Below are positions 55,551 to 64,000 of a stretch of DNA of 64,000 nt, one piece after another. The notes beneath the pieces were generated by a model that was not told where the DNA came from, ran no database searches, and saw nothing but the letters and a program-made list of their open reading frames with translations. Both the position numbers and the translations under genes were made by a program. This DNA comes from Eledone cirrhosa (lineage: Eukaryota), in contig OZ024743.1 in assembly GCA_964016885.1 (NCBI GenBank), forward strand, positions 242,730,001-242,794,000, in the 5' to 3' direction. Every line of letters begins with the position of its first letter. The stretch's first letter is position 1.

Positions 55551-56516
55551 AAACAATAATAATAGCGATTGTGTGTATATTTATTTATATTTTTTTTTCC
55601 ATCACGCACTGAAAGGGAGATGACTGCGTAAGGAAGAGAGTGGTAATAAACTACAGAAAACAGCAACCAGTGTTCTAAGATTTGTTACACTGGTGTGTGT
55701 ATATGTGTAGCAAAATGGCTACTGTGTTTGTGTGAATATATTTATATATGTGTGAGTGTATGTGTTTGTGTTATATTTATATACACATATAAATATATAC
55801 ATATGAACACATTCAAGATATTATCTTGGTTATCTATGTTAGTTGCAGATAGATTTTTTCATAAACAATTTTGTAATAAAAGAATTATTAAACTAAAACC
55901 TTGGTTTCTACCTTTTTTATAGAGGAAATACTACAATTAGCTGTCATTTTTTATGACACGGGGCCAGCTAGTAAAATAAATAAATACATATAACTATAAA
56001 CAGTCTCATAATTAAATCCTTTTAGCTTGATACAGGAAAGTAATAGGAACATATGTGAAGTTTGAAAGGTTTTTAGGTCAAAATATATTTTCATTCAATC
56101 AGTCAAGTTCCAATAACTGGCGCAGCCAGTCATTGGGGTAGCACTTAAGACGTTTTACTGTGTTTCTATCATGGCATTTCAATGGACCTTAGGCATAGCG
56201 GTGCCCATCTCCTCTCCAAATGTCCTGTCCCTCACTAAGTTTAGCCTAACACCATAAACAGTTATCAAGGTGTGGCTAAAAAATGTCCCAGAGCCAAAAG
56301 TGAGAGTCAGGTGAAAACTAGTGTACCCATCCAACCCTTAGGATGATGCTGCCAGACATCAAAGTATATTTTATCACATTTGAATAAGGTTATACATGTA
56401 TATAGATCAAAGAATGCAGTTGGAAGTTAAATTAAATTATGTGTTATAATGCTGTTCACACTGATAAGACACAAACAATGAAAATTGAATACAAAAAAAT
56501 TCATGTGAAAACGTAC

Positions 56517-56651
56517 CGTAACTGAACCTAGGTGCCCTCGCTAAACGCTGCCTATGAGAAACATACCAAGCATACATGGCTCGTCGACAACGTTCAGACA
56601 TCTCTGTGAACTCACCACGTAAGTATCGACTAACATACGATTGGCTGATAC
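56517..56651 (-). CDS. HMBOX1: HMBOX1-like homeobox gene, internal exon A (POU-specific-like domain, C-terminal half)
   Basis: Acceptor tttcattacag|GT, donor TACG|gtacgt; 135 nt, phase 1-1. Encodes (G)ISQSYVSRYLRGEFTEMSERCRRAMYAWYVSHRQRLARAPRFSY, resembling the HNF1/HMBOX1 motif TGISQS..S..L......S...R.A.Y.WY. Confidence 0.88.
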
Positions 56652-57919
56652 CTGTAATGAAATAGACAAATTCTTTAGTGTGGAAATACACTTCCAAAAA
56701 CATAATCAACATTTGAAAGTTGGTGATTAAACATTTCATTCTTAACAAGAACTTTGAAAATTCTAACCCTGATATCAAATCACCTGGAACTACTCCTAGC
56801 TCTATGATTCAAAACTGTTTGTTTTAATGTGTTTATATTTATCTAAAAATCTTCCATTATAATTCTATATAAGAACTTTTGTTGAGTTATGTTCCAAACA
56901 CCAGCTTAATAATGAAAAGTTTACTTATATTATAAATCCCTTCAAATTCTTGATTATTTTCAAAATTATTTGAAACAGGGTTTTTCATTAGAAATCTAAC
57001 AAAAGCATTGAGAATAATTAATAAAATATTTGGGTTTTTGTTGAAATGGTCAAAGGGGTTCTTCATTGGTAGGAATAAAAAAAATAGAGAATTTTTGTTA
57101 CACAGAATTTTGAGGAGATAAATTTAATTGATGTTTGTATAGTGGAATAATGATACTCTGTGGCAGGGAAGAATTAAAGCATGGGAGATAACCATTACCA
57201 TCATATTGCAAGTAATGCAATCACACCAGAACCCCTCTGAGGATGGTATAAACAGAGGTGAATAGTTAGAAGAGTGGATTAATATGTATTGATCCGGCAT
57301 GAACCTTAAGTACTGATCCAGCAGGGAGCTCAAACTGATTTCTGGTCCTCCTATATATGGTGTCAGCTGTTGGAATGGTAACTGGCTGACAGATCTCTAC
57401 ATGAGATGTTTATGATCACCGAGCATGGCTGGTTTCAGTTGGTAAGTGTGGATTCACTCAATTGGAGTCAGCTCAAGTACAAGTAAGTCAGGAGTTTAAT
57501 GTTGAAATATCAGTGAAACATTATTTATGGATGGCATGTTGGTGTAATCATAAGACATTGGTCTGGCAAACCAAAGATGTGGGTTTGTATCCCATGTACG
57601 TCAATACTCATCCTTTTTTCCATTCAGAGGGTTTTTTTTAATTCCAACTAACACACTAATTCTATTTAGTCAAATACAGTGTAAGCGCATGTTCTACCTA
57701 ATTTTCAAATTCGCTAGACATTTCTAATCAAAGCCTACTTTGTGTCTCCTAATTTATATTATTTAATTACTCCTTTATTGGTTCCAGCCAGTGGGTTGTG
57801 TCTATGCAAGGGTACCTGTTAATATTTTGTGATCCACAGGGTAACTACCCAATTCTGGTGACATGAGGCTTTTTTCTATTTTCCACAAAGATTGAAATGG
57901 TATAGAACACTGATAACCA

Positions 57920-58533
57920 AGGTTGGCATTACTGTTAAGGCCATCTAGACAGCTGCCTAGAGCAGAGATCTCAGAAGAAAGCATTAATGAACTTTAAAGT
58001 ATCACAGTTTTACACATATATGTGTAATTAAATTAAATATATAATAATTTCCTGCAATCAGTAAATAAATAAATCACTATGACATGAAACATGATTTGGG
58101 GTGAGTGAATGTGGACTGTGTAGTGGAAAATGCAGGCTTAGTAATTTTCTTAGTGTGATAAGAGCAAGAAGTTTGAAAAACTAGATTTGTCAGCTTACCA
58201 AACTATACATTGATATCATTTTATTTGAGACAATGAAACACATAACTGGGAGGAGTACAGTACACATTATAGGGCTAGCTAAGGGTGTAAATACCTTGAC
58301 ACACACACTGTAGGGTTAGCTTAGGGTACTAAATACTAAGACACACTGTAGGGTTAGCTTAGGGTGCTAAATACTAAGACACACTGTAGGGTTAGCTTAG
58401 GGTGCTAAATACTAAGACACACTGTAGAGTTAGCCTAGGGTGCTAAATACTAAGACACATTGTAGAGTTAGCCTAGGGTGCTAAATACTCAGGCACACAT
58501 TGTAGGGTTAGCCTAGGACACTAAATATCTAGG
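57920..58533. repeat. Interspersed element carrying the 38-40-bp minisatellite (inverted homolog of about 37118-38480)
   Basis: Array 58262-58533 has unit gacacactgtagggttagcttagggtgctaaatactaa. Flank 57920-58230 is a reverse-complement homolog of 38130-38480; a third partial copy lies at about 30990-31130. Confidence 0.75.
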
Positions 58534-59054
58534 CTCCAGCCTTCCTGACAGCCGTTCTGATAATTAGAAATAGCAAATGAAAAACCAATTTTTTCTTGAA
58601 AAATAACAAATAGTACAATTTCTATTGTATTATTGCAGAATTATTTTATATAAGTAGTGTTTAGTAATCAAGTAATCATAACTGGTCTAAATCAATAAAT
58701 CAATCAATAAATGAGTAAACAAAAAACTAAAGAGTTAAATACTGCATCAACTTGATGTACGGTTTGCAATAAATTTATTGATAAGGTGAAGTGGAACTAC
58801 AGTTAGTCTTTCTCTCTTTATAAATCAATATATCAAATATACTAAGTGTATCACCAATTCAACCAGTGAGATTAAGTACACTAACAAAACACACTAATGT
58901 CACTAACACAACTAAGTTCAGATCACATATCTTCCACCATACTAAACCATCTACAGATTATCTTGGGAGATTGCAATCAAGAGATCTCCAAATTTCCACC
59001 ACTGGGTGATCTATTTTTATAGCAATTAATGTATGCATGAATACATACATATAC

Positions 59055-60120
59055 AGACCTATCTAGTGAAGAAATGAATATCATTCTAACCGCACGTAAA
59101 ACCCTAATAGAATTTAATAACCATCTCTGGACAAGGGCTGATAGACAAAACAATTTTGATATTACTATGGGATCATCTGATTCAGCTCAAGTAACAGACC
59201 TCGTTGGATTATTTATTATTAATGCACTGCATAGAAAAATGCCAGGGATGACCAGAGGTTTATATCGTGACGATATGTTACTTTTAATCGAAAACTATAG
59301 CAATAGTGAAATTAATAGGAAAAAGAAACCCATCATACAGTTTTTCAACAACTACAACCTTAAACTAGAAATTGAGAATAATAATAAAATCGTTAACTTC
59401 TTAGATGTAACTTTAAGCCTTAGTTCAGGTCTATATTATCCTTTCCATAAAATTAATGAAAATCTAAATTACGTAAGCTTCAATTCCAATCATCCTAGAA
59501 ATATAAAAAATACTATTGTCAATAGAGTCCAGCAACGAATTTCCCTCATCTCAGTTAATAAAAATATTTTGATAATAAAGCAGAATATTACAATGAGGCT
59601 TTACATAGAGCTGGATACTCGAATAAAATTAAATACTTAGATAACAATAACATGCTAAATCATCCTAAAATTCACTATAATAATAATAATAAGCAATTCA
59701 ACTTAAATAGTAAATCAAACAAAAAAACTAGAACTAGATATATTATTTGGTACTCTCCCCTATTCTCATTAGGGGTTAAAACACCTGTAGCAAAACTATT
59801 TTTCAAAGCACTGGATAAGTGTTTTCCTAAAGCCCCATTTTTAACAGACACACTATCAAATTGAACATAGCACAAAATATAAATAGAATTAATAATAGAA
59901 ACTTAAATTTAAACCAACCAAACAAACCAAGATAACAATAATAATATTTCTAATAACAATATTCATACTAATAATAATAGTACCATTTCTAGTAACAATA
60001 ACTCCCGAAAATGTAACTGTAGAATTGAATCAAACTGCCCTTTACAGAATAATTGCTTAGATAAAAACTTAATATATAAATGTACAGTAAAAACTAGAGA
60101 CAAAATATTTAACTATAAGG
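59055..60120 (+). mobile_element. Penelope-like element fragment related to the 4.7-7.1 kb element
   Basis: NNFDITMGSSDSAQVTDLVG, GLYRDD, NFLDVTL, SNHP, WYSPLFS, CNCRIESNCPLQNNCL..LIYKCTV; ends at the RTE junction. Confidence 0.88.
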
Positions 60121-61997
60121 GAAGCAGAGGAAAGAAAGTTCAAGCATGTTCTACAACGCGAGGACCAAAAACGTGAGGTGTTCAGGATTGCTAGGCAATG
60201 CGTCAAGGAAAACCGTGATATTGTCGGGGAGAAATGTGTACTTAATGATGACGGCGTACTTGCCATCACCGACGCTGATAAGAAGGTAGCTTGGAAGTGT
60301 CACTATGAAAGGCTACTAAATGAGGAGAATAAATGGGAGAAAGACAGTCCCCCCCACATCGACCCAATAGAGGGACCAGCAGTGTTAGTCGAGGGGAGTA
60401 TAATAAATAAGGCAATCAAGGATATGAAGACGGGTAAGGCGGCTGGGCCTTCGGAAATAGTTGCTGAGATGCTGAAGGCATCTGGCACGGTGGGACACAC
60501 CATGGTCACCCGCATAGTTAACCAAGTCGTACAGAATGGGGTTGTTCCGAAGGACTGGCATAGCAGCATCATCGTTAACTGTTATAAGGGTAAAGGAGAT
60601 GCCCTAGATAGGAGTAACTATAGAGTCATTAAATTAATCGACCAGGTCATGAAGGTCACGGAAAAAATAATAGCGCAACTAATTAGAGAGAGAATTGACC
60701 TAGATGAAATGCAGTTCGGGTTGGTGTCAGGCAAAAGTACCACAGACGCTCTTTTCATTGTACGACAACTACAGGAGAAGTACCTAGCTAAAGGTAAACC
60801 CCTCTACTTAGCTTTTGTCGACTTGGAGAAAGCCTTCGACAGAGTCCCCCACTCCATTATCTGCTGGGCTCTTAGAAAACTAGGGGTTGACGAATGGCTT
60901 GTGAGAGCTATACAAGCCATGTATAAAGAAACAGTCAGCAAGGTTAGAATTAACAACGAATATAGTGAAGAGTTTAGCGTAAAAGTTGGCGTCCATCAGG
61001 GCTCTGTTCTCAGCCCCCTACTATTTATTATTGCCCTTCAGGCTATAACAGAGGAGTTCAAGACCGGCTGCCAATGGGAACTCTTATACACAGACGACCT
61101 GACACTCATAGCTGAATCAATGGCCGAGCTAGAGAAGAAATTCCAAACATGGAAGCACGGCCTAGAATCAAAAGGACTTAAAATTAACCTGGCTAAGACT
61201 AAAGTTCTAGTTTGTAGGAAAGAAAATAAGGCGGCGGTCCCTTCTGGGAAATGGTCATGCTCAGTGTGTAGGAAAGGCGTAGGTAGAAACTCCATTTTAT
61301 GTCCCAAATGCAAAGTATAGGTGCATAAAAGATTATAAAAAATTAGAAATAAGAGGGATCAGATGTTGTTTACTCGAGAGAAGGCTACGTTGGTATGGAC
61401 ACGTGATGCGCATGAAAGTCGATAGCTGTATAACAAAGTGCAGGGCAATAAAGATAGACGGTAGCCACGGAATAGGCAGACCTAGAAAAACCTGGGACGA
61501 GCTGAGAAACTCCGACCTCACACACTTACACCTCTCCAAGACAATGTCACTGGACCGAGACCTTTGGCGGTACTCAGTAACAGAGAAGACCCGCCTTACC
61601 TAAATACATAGTAAAACCTACTACAGCCAGTAGGCATCTCTAACAAAATACACCCCGTCCCACCACCCCCACCCCATCCACACCACCCCGTTCTATGTAA
61701 AGTTATGTTGGTGCCGCGCCATCCAGGCCGAAACAAATGAGATCGTGTAGGTGTCACGACAAAAAAACACACAGTCCACGCTGTAATGTGGCCGTGTAGG
61801 CAACACGGTAAAAACCTCCCAGACCCACACTGTAAATGTGGTTGGTGTTAGGAAGGGCATCCAACTGTAGAAAACCTGCCAGACAGTCCTATGCGAGCAA
61901 GACAACCACTCTTGCCTCAAGTGGGAATACCCCCGTCCAAACCCATGCAAGCGTGGAACACGGACGTTAAACGTTGATGATGATGATGATGATGATG
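60116..61997 (+). mobile_element. Young RTE LINE, 5' truncated, with internal deletion
   Basis: Near-identical to the 50225 copy; YADD changed to YTDD, TAG at 61318 and a deletion near 61333; (GAT)n then (AT)n. Confidence 0.93.
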
Positions 61998-62028
<31 letters not shown>

Positions 62029-62044
62029 CATTATATATATATAC

Positions 62045-62075
<31 letters not shown>

Positions 62076-62100
62076 CATATATATATACATATATATATAC

Positions 62101-62131
<31 letters not shown>

Positions 62132-62222
62132 CATATATATATACATATATATATACATATATATATACATATATATATACATATATATATACATATATAT
62201 ATATATATACATATATATATAC

Positions 62223-62253
<31 letters not shown>

Positions 62254-62324
62254 CATATATTTATACATAAATATATATACATATATATATATATACATAT
62301 ATATATATACATATATATACACAC

Positions 62325-63628
62325 AGAGAAGAAATTCCAAACATGGAAGCATGGCCTAGAATCAAAAGGGCTTAAAATTAACCTGGCTAAGACTAAAGTT
62401 CTAGTTTGTAGGAAAGAAAGTAAGGCGACGGTCCCTTCCGGGAAATGGCCATGCTCAGTGTGTAGGAAAGGCGTAGGTAGAAACTCCATTTTATGTCCCA
62501 AATGCAAAGTATGGGTGCATAAAAGATGTAGTGGGATCACAGGTAAGCTAACTAAGAACATAGATTTTACATGTGGCCGGTGCTCTGGTGCAATAAGTAG
62601 CAGCAAGTGCCCACAAAATACTAGCTCTTTCAATTGCGCAGAGGGTTCTATAGAAATAGTGGACAGCTTCCGTTCCTGGGTGACAAAATCAGCAGTGGGG
62701 GAGAGTGCTCTGAAAGTACAGTAGCTAGAGTCAGAACTGGATGGAAAAAGTTCAGAGAGCTTATACCACTATTAGCCACTAAAGGGTTCTCCCTAAAAAT
62801 GAAAGGCAGGTTGTATGATGCCTGCATACGAACAGCAATGTTGCATGGCAGTGAGACCTGGGCATTGTGTGCAGAGGATATACGCAGACTAGAGAGGAAC
62901 GAAGCTTGCATGCTCCGCTGGATGTGTAATAGTAACATACGTGAACGGCAAAGCATAAGCAAACTAAGGAAAAAATTAGAAATAAGAGGGATCAGATGTT
63001 GTTTACTCGAGAGAAGGCTACGTTGGTATGGTCACGTGATGCGCATGAAAGACGACAGCTGTATAACAAAGTGCAGGGCAATAAAGATAGACAGTAGCTC
63101 CGGAGTAGGCAGACCCAGAAAAACCTGGGACGAGCTGATAAATTCCGACCTCACACACTTACACCTCTCCAAGACAATGTCACTGGACCGAGACCTTTGG
63201 CGGTACTCAGTAATAGAGAAGACCCGCCTTACCTAAATACAAAGTAAAACCTACTAGTCAGTAGGCATCTCTCACAAAATACACCCCCGTCCCACCACCC
63301 CCACCCCATCCACACCTCCCCTTTCAATGTAAAGTTATGTTGGTGCCACAACATCCAGGCCGAAACAAATGAGATCGTGTAGGTGTCACGATAAAAAAAC
63401 ACACAGTCCACGCTGTAATGTGGCCGTGTAGGCAACACGGTAAAAACCTCCCAGCCCCACACTGTAAATGTGGTTGGTGTTAGGAAGGGCATCCAGCTGT
63501 AGAAAACCCGCCAGACAGTCCTATGCGAGCAAGACAATCACTCTTGCCTCAAGTGGGAAAACCCCAGTCCAAACCCATGCAAGCGTGGAACACGGACGTT
63601 AAACGATGATGATGATGATGATGATGAT
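62325..63628 (+). mobile_element. Young RTE LINE, 3' 1.3 kb
   Basis: Same family; frameshift near 62670; (GAT)n tail; the 5' end abuts a (TA/CA)n tract. Confidence 0.93.
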
Positions 63629-64000
63629 ATTAACTTCTATAAAATTCAAAGAACACTGGTATAATCACAAACATACATTTAATAGATCCAATTAAAAATC
63701 TTCCACATCACTTTCACATCTAATTTGGTATTTAAAGGACAATAATATAGACTATTTTCGAAAGCACCCGCATACTGAAATATGGCTCTTTCAAGAATCT
63801 GTCATTTGTGTTTCGAGGAAATTTTTTATATACTTAACTGTCAAAATTCTATAAATTTAAAAAATGAATTATTCAGTTCTTGCAGGCATCACCAAAGAAC
63901 GACCTCCCGATAGTTTTTCTAAATACACTCTTGACGTATCTAATAATATTTTTTTTCTTCTGTTAATTTTTCTAATTTTTCACACATCTATCAACGTAGA

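Noticed and set aside
57802-57984. Possible upstream homeobox exon ending ACAG|gtaccc
   Set aside because: No resemblance to the expected POU-like N-terminal half, and it overlaps an interspersed repeat.

Overview
AT-rich, microsatellite-dense animal genomic DNA. Its SINE/LINE repertoire points to an octopus-like coleoid cephalopod (inference). The only host gene is the 3' part of a minus-strand HMBOX1/HNF-class homeobox gene, with four exons joined by GT-AG phase-1 introns (56651-56517, 54154-53957, 48732-48637, 46079-45775) and probable alternative last exons at 41.5 kb and possibly 22.3 kb. Its 5' exons appear to lie beyond the window. The rest is transposon-derived: young RTE LINEs, Penelope-like elements (PLEs), CR1 and R4/Dong-like remnants, hAT and Helitron fragments, MITEs, tRNA-SINEs and minisatellites. 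The main unannotated signals are (i) five to six minimal hammerhead-ribozyme motifs in PLE ends and retrozyme-like mini-elements sitting in (TA)n tracts, (ii) an inverted pair of young RTE copies bracketing the in-frame-skippable exon for the homeodomain recognition helix, and (iii) recurring fold-back insertion structures and same-site serial SINE insertions. All calls were made by eye; no searches were run.
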